Shown: piece after piece, positions 27,355 to 40,364 of the stretch
Position numbering within the stretch: position 1 is the first letter of the stretch
Layout of the letters: each line of letters begins with the position of its first letter
Origin: Octopus sinensis
Lineage: Eukaryota
Assembly (NCBI RefSeq): GCF_006345805.1
Contig: NC_042999.1
Span: forward strand, 134,850,001-134,914,000
Direction of reading: 5' to 3'
Length of the DNA stretch: 64,000 bases
Translations under genes and position numbers: made by a program
Notes under the pieces: model-generated
Database searches by the model: none
What the model was told of the DNA's origin: nothing
The model's input: only the letters and a program-made list of their open reading frames with translations

Positions 27355-28472
27355 TAGTTAGGCCATTTTTTCCGGAACGTTGAACACAACATGGACAAAA
27401 AGCAAATTCGCACAATTTTCTTATTCCAGTTCAAGCTAGGCCGAAAAGCTGCTGAAACAGCTCGCGATATCAACGATGCATTTGGCCCATGAACTACTAA
27501 TGAACATACAGCACAATGGTGGTTCAAGAAATTTCGTAGCGGTGACGAGAGTCTTGAAGATGATAAGTGTAGTGGTCGGCCATCGGATGTTGACAACGAT
27601 CAACTAAGAGCCTTAGTGGAAGTCAATCCACGCACAACTGTTCGAGAGCTTGCTTCTGAATTAGACGTAACGTTTACGACAATTCCCAACCACTTGAAAG
27701 AGATTGGGAAAACAAAAATACTTGAGAAATAGGTGCTGCATGAATTGAATGACAACCCCCCCCGCCAAAAAAACCCGCCGTTTTGAAGTGTCGTCTTCCC
27801 TTTTACGCAACAAGAACGACCGGATTGTGACTTGTGATGAAAAGTGGATTCTTTACGACAACCGGTGACGTTCAGCTCAGTGGCTGGACGCCGACGAGGC
27901 TCCTTGGCACTTCCCAAAGCCAAAGTTACACCAAAAGAAGGTCATGTTAACTGTTTGGTGGACTGCGGCCGGTCTCATCCATCACAGCTTTTTGAATCCA
28001 GGCGAAACCATTACGGCGGAGAAGTACTGTCAGCAAATGGATGAAATGCATAAGAAACAACAGCCAGCTCTGGTCAATAGAAAAGGACCAATTCTTCTCC
28101 ACGACAATGCTCGGCCGCACGTCGCACAACTCACCCTGCAGAAGTTGAACGAATTGGGATACGAAACTCTGCCTCATCTGCTATACTCACCAAACTTCTC
28201 ACCTACCGACTATCACTTTTTCAAGCATCTCGGCAACTTCCTGCGTGAGAAATGCTTCAAAAACCAAAACGATGCCAAGCACGCCTTCAACGACTTCATC
28301 GCCACCAGAACGCAGGATTTTTACGCTACTGGCAAAAATGAAGTTGTTTCGCGTTGGCAGTGTGTTGATTCTGATGGTGTTTATTTCAATTAATAAAGTT
28401 TTGTTTGAGTCGAGATATGTGCATCTGAATTTAAAGGTTAAAAACTGCAAGAACTTTCTTGACAACCTAATA
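27355..28472 (+). mobile_element. Hsmar1-like (cecropia-type) mariner, decayed; ATG 27391, stop 28393, right TIR 28443-28470 + TA
   Basis: MDKKQIRTIFLFQFKLGRKAAETARDINDAFG, SGRPSDVDNDQLRA, LLHDNARPH and YSPNFSPTDYHFFKHL. Right end ACAACCTAATA. Confidence 0.92.
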
Positions 28473-28499
28473 TGTATGAAATTGTTTTTAAGTGCCTGT

Positions 28500-29020
28500 T
28501 CTTATTTATTGGTTGGTAGTGGTTGGATCTATATTTAATTATGGTTTTTACTTGTTAATAAATTTCCTTTCTTTATTTAGTATTTGTTGCTGATTGAAAG
28601 AATCTGAGCACTTGAATAGGGAAAATATTTTGAAGTATAGTAAGTCCATTCCTGCACAGGCTGCTATGTGACTGTTTAAAGGAATTTTCCTGGTGTTTTT
28701 GTCTCGGACTTGTTGGCGATAGATCGTCATTCTGTTGCATAATGATCCGCCCGTCTGACCTATGTAATTATGTTGGCAACCATTGCATGTGATTAGATAG
28801 TTTAGGTCTTCTGTGTTGCAGGTGAGATTGGATTTAACTTTGAAGGTTTGGCCATCTTTGAATTTAAATTCTGGTCCCTCACTTAGGTAACGGCAAGTGC
28901 CGCAGTTTGCTCTGCATTTCGTGACAGTCGGATTGGAGCTTTCTTTGTACGTTTTTGTTCCAAAGAGAATGAATTTTTGTGTTTTGAGCTGCCTTTTGCT
29001 TCGTATAGATCTCTAATCTC
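28500..29020 (-). mobile_element. Penelope-like element 3' fragment with open GIY-YIG endonuclease frame
   Basis: CRANCGTCRYL...NLTCNTEDLNYLITCNGCQHNYIGQTGGSLCNRMTIYRQQV...LNSHIAAC. Confidence 0.85.
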
Positions 29021-29060
29021 TTTTCAACCTACACACACGCGCGCGCGCGATCGCGCGCGT

Positions 29061-29101
<41 letters not shown>

Positions 29102-29424
29102 CGTGACTCGTGTTAGAGACCATAAGTTAGGAAAAAGATGCACACCGGCTTCACAGCATACCCTACCAAGGGACATAACCCCAAACCTAATCCTCTGACT
29201 CTTTCTCGTTTCACCACCTTTTTCATAGCAGCCGCTGACCGATTGTGCTAATCCACCTATGACAATAGAGAACAGTCGCCATATTCCCTTCCATATCGGC
29301 TAACTCTGATGAGCGTAAAGTTATATAATGGGATTGTTACATAACACTCCATTGTATTTTTTACGCGAGATCGATTCCCAAGATCAGCCTCGTGATGGAT
29401 ATCTAATAATATACAAGTCGGATA

Positions 29425-29477
<53 letters not shown>

Positions 29478-29631
29478 GACAGAGACAGAGACATACACAC
29501 ATGTGTGTGTGCGTGTGTGTGTGTGTGTGATTGAATCCTTGCAAATCTAAATTTACTAATGGCTGTTTTAACGTTTATACTTTCATGTTTGTTGGTGTGT
29601 GTGGAGAGAGAGAGAAAGAGAGAGAGACCGG

Positions 29632-29662
<31 letters not shown>

Positions 29663-31120
29663 TGCGCGCGCGCGTGCGTGTGTGTGTGGTTTTATGCTTG
29701 GCGGAATGCTGCACATTATTCGAAATCGGAGTTACCAGTGTAAAGGGTGCGTAAATAGATGTACACAATATATTTGTTGTGCATGAAAAATATTTATTTA
29801 AAACCTAACATAAAGCATAATGGGTGGAGCACAATCAACAGTTTTTACTGCATTTTTGACTTTGAGAAGAAATATATTTTTTATGACTGTACGCAACCTA
29901 AGCAAATGATTTCCTCTAAAGGCATTTGAAAGATTATAGCATTATCTGTGGACTATTTCAGAAAATTATCGCCGTTGTCTTTGAACATGTAAAAGACAAA
30001 TTTAGCTAGGGCAAAATGAGTAAGCCAAGATATGGTAAATATGCAAGAATTACATTTGAGAAAAGATTCAAGCACATCAATATTCATCTTTAGAAACCAG
30101 AAAGATCAGAAATTCCACAAAAAATTTAAATATCTAACTGAAATGAAAGTGGATCATAGAAAAATGGAGCGAGATATAAAATTAACGAAACTCGACTAAA
30201 TAAAATATACTCAACATAAAATATTCTCTGTAGCTTCTCCATGATCTGCTGGAGTAGTTCTCTCTCCGATATATTTATGCATTATGCAGTTAAAGAGAAG
30301 AAATTATTGAAATTAATCATTGCTCATTTTGCCCCAGTTTAGACATCATTCTTCGAAAATTGAAATATTACCAAATTACACTCTAGTGCGGGTAAAAAAA
30401 AATTGACTTGAAATCCAACTGAGAAAAGAATATTGATTGTTAAACATCAAAATTTTTCCAGATATTTTATTAGCAACTTCAAGTACAATTAAGTCAAAGT
30501 TGAGGAACAATTTCTTGAAAAATAAGAACCTGTCACCTCTCTCAACTTCAACAACAATAATGCTAACCAATTTTTACTCCCGAGGATGATGTAATACTAG
30601 CAACGTAATGATTTCAAATAGGTAGGGAAAAAATAACAAATCAGATATGACTCATTTTACCCCGGTTACTAATTTTAAATCTCTTTCGATTCAGGTATTT
30701 AATGTGCTTGACAACGTGTATCAAAATATTTTTGATATATGTGTGAAAATATTTTCGTTAAAGTGTTTGTTTATAAGTTGTTAGTACCATTTTATGTTCG
30801 CATGACAACGGCCGATCGTAATATCTGCATGTTGCGGTGAATGATCTTCCCTGTCGCTGAGTCTCTCTTGAAAAGTAGGAAGCGACCCCAAAATGACTTT
30901 CTTTTGTCTTATCATATATTTAAAATTAAAAGAAGGAATTGTGAGAGAAAGTTGAACTGAATTTTTCTGATTCGTGGAAGACACACATGAAAAAAAATTG
31001 TTGCGACCATAGAAAACAAGCTATTAAAGAAAAAAAAAAAGAAACCCTCGTAGAATATCCCAAGGTTGATAGTGAATGATTCGAAAGATTAGTTGATCAA
31101 ATCTTTGTTAGGTTTTATGT

Positions 31121-31159
<39 letters not shown>

Positions 31160-31175
31160 CACACACACACACACG

Positions 31176-31227
<52 letters not shown>

Positions 31228-32421
31228 TGCACACACACACACACTCACACACACTCACACACACTCTAAGGTCATAAATCAACGAACGAAACGAGGGCAC
31301 ACGTGTAGTTTGAAGGTGTGTCTCAACAATTGAATGTGATACAAGCCCAGAGTATACACCACACGTACCTCGAAAGAGAATCTGAACTGCTGCATAAGAG
31401 GGTGTGTTATGTACATGTGTGAGATAACAGCTGGACATACACGTGAGTAAATATTCAAAAATAGATTCGAATATTAAGCATTACAATGTCAGCTTTGTGA
31501 AAACGTTTGTAAGCTGAAAAGAAAGAATACTATTTGCATTCTCTAGCAAAACAGGAATATGTAATGAGGCAAAGAAAAGTCATTTTCCAGTCGCCTCCTA
31601 TTTTCTAAAAATAACACAACAGGGAAGATTACATTTTAATTCTCTTCTAAAATGACCCTACATTTTAGTTCTCTGCAAGCCTACAAAACTACTAACAACT
31701 TATAAACAAACTTTTTAACGAAGTTGTTTTCACAAACATTGTCCAGTACATTAACACCTGACTTGGTAGAGATAGTGAGTTCGTTTCCATCGGTTTGCAA
31801 GCTTTCGTGCCAAAATGGATCGTGGTCTAAACCACATGAATGAAGGTGAAGCGGTGTTGGGACTGAATTTTAGTGTTAATACAATCTCGGAAACAACCGC
31901 TAAAAGCACAAGAAGAAGGATAAATATGCCCCATGGGGCGCATGTATGTAACTATGTTGCAACGTTGTTCGATCCCAGAAGGAAAGTTCAATAATAGATA
32001 TGAATGCTCAAACAAAGCAAAAGCATTCATGTAAAGAACAAACAGCTAAAAGCCAATGAAATTCAAGATAGTGCAAGTGAGTAAAAGTTGGTGAGTAGCA
32101 ACATCATGGAAATGTTAGCTACATGCAGTAGAGAGTTGCACAGTAAAGCGTGATTCAAGCATGAATTGAAAAGCAATGCCAGGTGAATATGAAATTGTAG
32201 ATAGCGTGAAACCCAGTCGCATGAAACTGTATCGATGCACAAGAGTTTCGTGAACGCCATTTACAGTTGAGCCAGTTTGTTATGTATGAGACGAGAACTT
32301 TGAGAGAATACTCATCTGTAGAAAGTGAAACATTGCTATGTTACTAGGTTTATAAACACCGCATGTTCAACATAAACGCTTATTTTTCTGGTGAATTTTT
32401 GTTCTTTTAAGGCTATGTTGT

Positions 32422-32468
<47 letters not shown>

Positions 32469-32676
32469 TAATAATAATAAACATAATTTTCGGTTTAAAA
32501 AAAAAAACCTTTTTTTTTTAGACATTCATTAGTACAACATCCCCACCCCCCAAATATATGGCACACTAGGCATAACAACAACATGAACTTCCAACCCTGT
32601 TGTCTCTTGAGGTCTCTGGGTGAGACTTGGAGCCAACTTGTACAAATATAAAGCAAAAGTCAAACATAGAATAATA

Positions 32677-32740
<64 letters not shown>

Positions 32741-32743
<3 letters not shown>

Positions 32744-33204
32744 GATGGGCTACAGCAAATATTCTGCTCAATACCACAGATTTGCTTGTCAGTTGTTTGA
32801 CCTTAACCAGTTGAGCATGTCCCTTAGTGGCTGACGATATGTGCATCTCTGATCACGAGCAGAAGTAGTGGGGGAGCATCATGGCCATGTGTTGAGAGGG
32901 ATTCTTTGAAGTTTGAATGGTTCACCTCTGGAAACATAGGTGTTTCGTTCAACATCCTAAAGCAACCCTTATTCAGGGACCGTTTGAGCAGGATGGGCTA
33001 CTCAACCTGAAGAAAATTCTAACTGGGCCCCACCTGCAAGGTCATGTGCTGTTTATCTTGATATGAGATCACCATGTCGCGCACATATGGTTGTGATGCA
33101 TGTGCCTGGTGTACCTTTATCAGACGGGTAGTCATGATGGGTATATTGGGCTTCGTATATTTTACCCCAGTGTCACTTTGATGGCATGAACTGCTCTCTC
33201 ACTC
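32741..33204 (+). mobile_element. ~460-bp non-autonomous element bounded by (AAT)n tracts, partial inverted copy at ~48420-48645
   Basis: Flanked by (AAT)n at 32671-32740 and 33205-33372. GCAAATATTCTGCTCAATACCACAGATTTGCTTGTCAGTTG and GCATCTCTGATCACGAGCAG recur reverse-complemented near 48.5 kb. Confidence 0.65.
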
Positions 33205-33226
33205 AATAATAATAATAGTAATAATA

Positions 33227-33289
<63 letters not shown>

Positions 33290-33304
33290 GTAATAGTAAT
33301 AATA

Positions 33305-33371
<67 letters not shown>

Positions 33372-33372
33372 G

Positions 33373-34572
33373 CTACTTCAGAAGAAAGGAAAACTAATAC
33401 AAATAGCGGCAAAACACGAGCAAAACAAAAAACTGTTCTCAGTATTTAAGGAAGCTGACAAATACTAACAAGAAATCAGACCACCTAATAAATATGAAGA
33501 AGAAGAAGAAGAAGAAGAAGAAGAAGAAGAAGAAGAAGAAGAAGAAGAAGAAGAAGAAGAAGAAGAAGAAGAAGAAGAAGAAGAAGAAGAAGAAGAAGAA
33601 GAAGAAGAAGAAGAAGAAGAAGAAGAAGAAGAAGAAGAAGAAACAACAAAAGCTATAAAACAAATGAAATCCAAACTAAAAATAGAACAGCAACGAACCA
33701 TGATAAAACGATGGCAAGAAAAGCCCCTTCATGGTAAATACTGGACTAAACTAAACGCAAAAGAAATAGACAAAGAAAAATCCCAGCAATGGTTGAGAAG
33801 CTCAGGACTCAAAGCAGAGACAGAGGGATTTTTAATTGCAGCACAAGACCAAAGCCTCCCCACCAGAAATTACCAAAAACATGTAATGAAAAGAAATATA
33901 ACAAGTAACTGCAGAATATGTGGAGATGGACAAGAAACAATAAATCGTATTATCTCTGGCTGCCCAGTCCTGGCTAAGAAGGAATATATTCACAGACATG
34001 ACAGAGTTGGAACCTACATACACTGGAAGCTATGCCAACATTATGAAATAACAACAGAAAAAAGATGGTATAGGCACACACCAGAAAAGGTCACAGAAAA
34101 CGAGAAAGCAACCATACTCTGGGATATGCCGATACACACAGATAGAGAAATTAAGGCCAACAGACCAGATATAGTTGTCAGAGATCATGAAGAAAAAAAA
34201 TGCTTTCTAATTGATGTATCAATACCGGCAGATGACAACGTGTCTCTAAAAGAAATGGAGAAACTTTCAAAATACAAGGACCTGGAAATAGAGGTAACCA
34301 GAATGTGGAATCTAAAAACAGAAACAATTCCTATCATAGTAGGTGCATTAGGCATGATAAAAAATATTCAGACAAATACATAACGAAAACACCAGGACTT
34401 ACAAACACATATAACATACAGAAAATTGCACTACTAGGCACTGCACACATCCTACGCAGAACACTTTCCATACAATAACCATCAGAGCATCACAACAAAT
34501 CACAGCACATACCTAAGGCACACAGAGCTGTGCTCGGTAGTGAAGTGAAAGCTCGCTATAAAAATAAAACTA

Positions 34573-34576
<4 letters not shown>
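33373..34576 (+). mobile_element. 5'-truncated R4/Dong-clade retrotransposon (CCHC finger + restriction-like endonuclease) in (TAA)n
   Basis: KPLHGKY, LKAETEGFLIAAQDQ, CRICG..ETI.RIISGC, HRHDRV, RPDIVV and LIDVSIP..EKLSKY. Frameshift at ~34365, stop 34478, (AAT)n on both sides. Confidence 0.92.
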
Positions 34577-34642
<66 letters not shown>

Positions 34643-34643
34643 T

Positions 34644-34704
<61 letters not shown>

Positions 34705-34706
<2 letters not shown>

Positions 34707-34870
34707 CATCGAAAAATACTTAGGAATGAGAACCCAGGTTTGAAATTTCCCCAAGACAGCTGATGAAGATTGGAGGGTATATCAGCCGAAACGTTGTGTT
34801 AACAACAAACAAGATGAGGACAAATATCCGTTAAATGTAAATAATGTAAATAATGTTCATAATTCCTCAT
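34705..34870 (+). mobile_element. Penelope-like terminal fragment with degenerate hammerhead motif (34755-34800)
   Basis: GACAG-CTGATGA-AGATTG..CAGCC-GAAACGTT-GTGTT. Confidence 0.5.
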
Positions 34871-35532
34871 TTCTTAAATATAGAACTATATTATTCTAAG
34901 TTTTCTGTTTTCTAAGCCTTCATTTGAAATTCATATATTTTGCAGCTGTTTTTATGATCGTCCCCACCCCCCTGTGTATATTGGGTCTCGGTCCCACTGC
35001 ACAGTACCATGGACAGCCCCGAACCAAAGACATTTGAGTGTATTTGGTTGACAGAAACTGAAAGAAGTTTGGGATCTTTTCCTTTTGATGGACGGATTTC
35101 AACACAATTTCTAGTTAACTAAACAATTTGAAACTTCGTATACTGGTAGAATGTGTCAAAAGAAAACATTATTTTCACTTGGCTTTTTTGAGAAAATTGT
35201 AATTTGTAAGTTTAACGTAGTTTAATTTTTCGAATTTTAACCAATGAACTGCCAGTATTTGAGCTCAAATCATTTGCTGCGTCTAAAAACTCAGACAACA
35301 TCCTGTTACAACGTAATATTTTTTCATAAAAGGATGCCCCAGCTTGTCGGAGGCTGTGATATAAATTGGGAAAAAATCCTCGACACCAGTGCGTAATTGG
35401 TACTTAATTTATCGACCCCGAAACGATGAAACATTGACCCCCCCACCATCTTTTTTCTGTTGTTATTTCAAAAAGATCTGAAGTTTGTCATATACATGCA
35501 TACATACATACATACATACATACATACATACA

Positions 35533-35568
<36 letters not shown>

Positions 35569-35918
35569 TTTCGCCAAAGCATATCGAAACTGGTTCAAAA
35601 TTGTACAAAAAACAAAAAAACAAAAGACAGAGACAGGTGAGGGAACAATAAACTAGTCGTATTAGTTTGACACAAGAAAATTGCCACGTAGCTTAGCTTT
35701 TCGCAAGATTTGCCGATAGAATGAGTGCCAGACTTTAGAAATAGATGCTGAAGTCAATTTGTGCGTTTAAACTCTTCAAGCCATTGCCCCAGCATTGCTG
35801 CAGTTTGATGATATGATAACTATATGTATGTATGCATATATGTATGTATATATGCAAACATACATGCATATATATACATACATACATACATACATACATA
35901 CTTACATACATTCATACA

Positions 35919-35949
<31 letters not shown>

Positions 35950-36567
35950 GTGTGTGTATACATACACAAACACACACACACGCTGATGTCGAACTTGAGA
36001 ATGAGTGCTAATACCACATTGGTGAATAAATATTCTTTATTTGTGTGTTAACAAGGCTACCAGTTGCATGTAAAGAGGAACTTCTCCATTATTATCGAGT
36101 TTGCTTTATGGAACGTTGGCACTCATCTCCATTTTAGATGAGAATACATGAATTTACACGTGACTGTACGAGATTCCGGGATAAATAAATATACAGATCA
36201 TGGTAGGTAACTTATGCGGAAATCGTAATTGTTGTCACCTTTGCATTATCCCTGGGATCTTTGCAAGGAACTGTTTCCACTATGGATTAATTCCTTAATC
36301 ATTTTTTGCGAGAACACTCTTGGACGTCCAAGTTTATAACTATGAATACACACGTATGTGCACATGCACGTCCATACAAAATATGTGCACGTAAAGAGGT
36401 ATACAGACACTCACACTCACACTCATATATATATGTGTATGTGTGTGCGTGTGTGTGAGTGTGTGTGTTTGTGTATGTGTGTGTGTGTTAATAGAAATGG
36501 TAAGACAACAAAAGAATGAAAGAGACCTCGATATTATGTAAATAAAGGAATTTATTTATAATATAAT

Positions 36568-36734
36568 ATGTGACAATTATTCGGTTGTGATTATAAGACT
36601 CCGAGTTGCGGATGTCGGGGCGGAAACCTGCTCCGACATCTCGACAATTATCGAGGCAATCAAAAAATGCTGCAGGTTTCCGCCCCGACATCCGAAACTC
36701 AGAGTCTTATTATGGCAACCGAATAATTGTCACA

Positions 36735-36735
<1 letters not shown>
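36568..36735. repeat. GC-rich 64-bp-arm inverted repeat (hairpin or MITE-like)
   Basis: 36568-36631 is the reverse complement of 36672-36735 with 5 mismatches and a 40-nt loop. Confidence 0.9.
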
Positions 36736-36783
<48 letters not shown>

Positions 36784-36852
36784 AACATACTTACATATAA
36801 GAGAACAAAGTGTACGTACGCCGCTATATATATATATATATATATATATATC

Positions 36853-36903
<51 letters not shown>

Positions 36904-39086
36904 CAAAATGGGACAAGAACGCAAAACATCCGGACAACTGGTGATACAAAAAGGGACAACAAAACATCCAGATAGACAATACAAAAAACAAGGACGGGTC
37001 ATTCGAAGCTTTCTATCCTCAATCAAGAACCGGATCATCCTCGCAATTTCGGCTGATTAAACCTTGAGATTGCTCCAATCTGGTCAACCCCAAGGAAAAA
37101 CTAAGCTAAGAGCATTAGGTTCCTTGGAAGCATCGAATGTATACGAAAACAAGGACGGCAAAACAGACGATGTTATACAAATATAAATACAAATACAATA
37201 AAAATAATAATAACAGGACATAACAACAGGTGTCTTTCGACTTTTTCCATTTGGTGCACATATGTTACGATTTTTTTCCTTTCTGCTCTTGAACACCCAA
37301 ACTAAAGCTGACCATGGGTGAAGCAGAGTTCTTCAAGGTGTAAACAGGCAACTGAAAATATTTGCTCCTGTGATTTGTTGATGGTCATGGCAAAACCAAG
37401 ATTCACTGGAAACTGAAATCATTTGAATTGAAATGAGACATTGTCTCCTGAGTCCATACGACGGGGCTTTTATGCACTTATCCACTAATCGATGCATCCT
37501 ATGCTCGGGTGTCTCCTGAGACGGTGCGACAGAGACGTGTGTTCGCATATCTTCAAGTCTATTCCTTCCATATTTGGTGTCTCCTGACACTGTCACACTA
37601 ATGAAGTTGCTTACACACACTTACTGACACTCCCACATGCACACACACACACAAGCATATACACACTCGGCATGTACATAGAAAGAGTGAAGAGAACGTG
37701 ATAGAGAGGAAACACGTCAAAAAAGATAGAGACAGATAGAAAGAGGTAAATAGAGAAACAGTTATAAGACGTCACACACAAATAGACGTACACATACATG
37801 CACACACACACACACATATGCACACACACTCACACACATATGCACACACACTCACCTCACACGCATACAAATGTACACGTGAGTTTAGGATGGTGGTTTC
37901 TAAAGACATTCAATGTTGGCAATTTAGAAGTTGAATTATTTCTCACCACAAATTATATTTTTTGATTACTAATAACCAACGACCTTCTTGGGACGCACAT
38001 TTTGAAAATCAAACCTGTTTCTCTCTAGGATGCACCGTTTCTGAGCCTTTCAGGGACATACATACATACATACATACATGCATACATACATACATACATA
38101 CATACATACATACATACATACATACATACATACATACATACATACATACATACATACATACATGGTGGCTGCCCCCTCGTTATCGAGTATGGCCATTGCA
38201 CGAAGCTTAATCAATGTTGTTATCGTGCAATGCCTGTGCAAGAATATTTTTTTAAGTGAGGAAAGGCTGTGCACTGAGTCAATCCTACTCACTAAGCAAC
38301 TGCAGCCATAATCCGAAAAGAAGAACAAGTCAACATCATCGGTAACCACTGAGCCGCAGGTTTTATGTCGGAGTTATCCCAGTTACCTGAGTTACCTTCT
38401 CCTAGAAGGATGCCCTAACAAAGGCTAGGAGTCCTTCACTCCCAATGGTTTAACCGTGCGATCGGGTGTTCAGTCCGATTATTTCTATGTCCCCGTGCAC
38501 GATACATCCTTAAGACATTTATTGGATGGCCGTTGACTCTCGAGAGTTCCTCCGCCCTTTGACGGGTTTTGTTTTTCATCCCGCAGGGTGTCCAATAAAC
38601 ACCCTCCTCACCAAGCAAGCTTGGTGGGGTTGCTGGTTTACCATGGACGACCCGACCATGCAACAGGTTGTACTGGGTTACATGTAACCAGTAACACTCG
38701 AAAGTGACCTGACACATACATACATACATACATACATCCATCCATCCATCCATCCATCCATACATACATACATACATACATACATACATACATACATACA
38801 TACACTCACATTTATATATTAGAAGGTGTGTGTGTGTGTGTGGTGTGTGTGTGTGTGTATCAGCCGGGCTTTAACACAGTTTTCGTCTGTCAAATTCAGT
38901 CTGCTAAAGTAAAAGACATTTGCTCAAATGCTTAACGGCATTTCGTCCGTCTTTACGTGTTCTGAGTTCAAATTGCCTTTCATCCTTTCAGGTTCGATAA
39001 AATAAGTACCAATTGAACACTGAAGTCAGTGTAATCGACTCATCTCCTCCCCCAAAAATTTCAGGCATTGTGCTTATAGTAGAAAC

Positions 39087-39108
39087 TTATTATTATTATT
39101 ATTATTAC

Positions 39109-39193
<85 letters not shown>

Positions 39194-39560
39194 GTTCTTT
39201 TAATCACTGGCTTTGTTGGAATTCCTGGAGTCTTGCGTGTGTAGCGGGCTTGCTACCTACCACCTACGGTACCATGCTATCCGTACTTTTCAGCTATCTA
39301 ATACTTTCCTGGTTAATCTGGACGTGCCAAGGAGGCAAACCTTTTCTCACAGTTCCACTGGGCACTCTATTCCAATTTCTTTTATATTCCTCTTGATGCT
39401 TTCTAATTCTGTCTCCAAGGATCCAACAATAATTGCTACTAGCTTCACCTTCTTCATCTTCCATAGCCTGGTTATTTCGTACTTAAGAAGGTTGTATGCA
39501 TCTATTTTTTCGCCTTCCTTCGTGACTATTCGTGGGTCAATGGGCCACGCAATTATTATT
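39087..39560 (-). mobile_element. 3' fragment of a second R4/Dong-like family in (TAA)n
   Basis: AWPIDPRIVTKEGEKIDAYNLLKYEITRLW..IIVGSLET..EKVCLLGTSRLTRKVL. (TTA)n tail at 39087-39195 and short (TTA)n at the 5' junction. Confidence 0.8.
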
Positions 39561-39575
39561 ATCGTCATTAAGGTG

Positions 39576-39700
39576 GCGAGCTGGCAGACAGACTCCTTAG
39601 CATGCCCGGCAAAATGCTTAGCGGCACTTTGTCCGTCTTTACAATCTGAATTCAAACTCCGCCGAGGTCGACTTTATCTTTTATCCTTTTGGTGGCGATG
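39576..39700 (+). mobile_element. Deu/Nin-type SINE 5' fragment
   Basis: AAGGTGGCGAGCTGGCAG head and GCCGAGGTCGACTTT. Confidence 0.7.
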
Positions 39701-39909
39701 AATTAGTATGTTGGGCTGTGGAAGAGCAGAAACTGTAGAACGCTGAATTTATAGTATTTAATCTTGTCTCTCTATATCTTAAGCTCAATTCCTTGACCAA
39801 GTTGAAACCAAGAATTTTATGTCAAATTCTTAAGGAATGTCATTTTTGTCTACTTCTGCAATGTAAAAGTAAGAAATAGCCCCAGATTATCAATTCTCCC
39901 AACAGCATA

Positions 39910-40364
39910 GTACACGTGTTTGGCAATGTGACTATTCAATACAATTGCAGTCACACAGCAATACACTCGATACATGTGTAAGAAAAAAAGCATATATTAA
40001 GAAACAATGTCACACGAAATACAATAAGAAACAAACGAGAAAAATTCATCGTGAGAAAATTAAAACACAAGAGTCGGAAGTCGGCAGTCGACTCGTAAAC
40101 TTTGTCAAGTTTTCTTGGTTAATAGATATAGGTTTATTGAAAAAGACTATTGTTTGATTTCTCAACTTCCTAAACGTATTCACGTGATTCGCAAATAACA
40201 AAGGCTAAGGAATTTTGTAAATTAACAATGAAATAATAGTTAAAAAAAATAAATATGAAGAAAACCACGAGAGCGAAATAGTCAGGCTCCCTATAAATAC
40301 CGCTTGCGCAGTTCCTCAACTATCATTCGAGAAACTAAATTCGCTTCGAACAAATTAACCAAAG
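39910..40364 (+). promoter_or_regulatory. Promoter and non-coding exon 1 of tyrosinase-like gene A (E-boxes 39913, 39973, 40181; TATAAA 40292; Inr TCATTC 40323; donor 40365)
   Basis: TATA sits ~33 bp before the Inr, followed by an AAAG|GTGAGT donor. All elements are conserved in gene B. Confidence 0.8.

Noticed and set aside
29900-30610. Coding-like stretch with short inverted GGG(C/T)AAAATGAGT motifs
   Set aside because: Possibly a DNA-transposon relic, but there is no identifiable protein motif, clear TIR pair or TSD.
38165-38710. RTE-like 5' region that might hold an HDV-like ribozyme
   Set aside because: I could find only simple hairpins, not the nested double-pseudoknot topology. The family assignment is itself uncertain.
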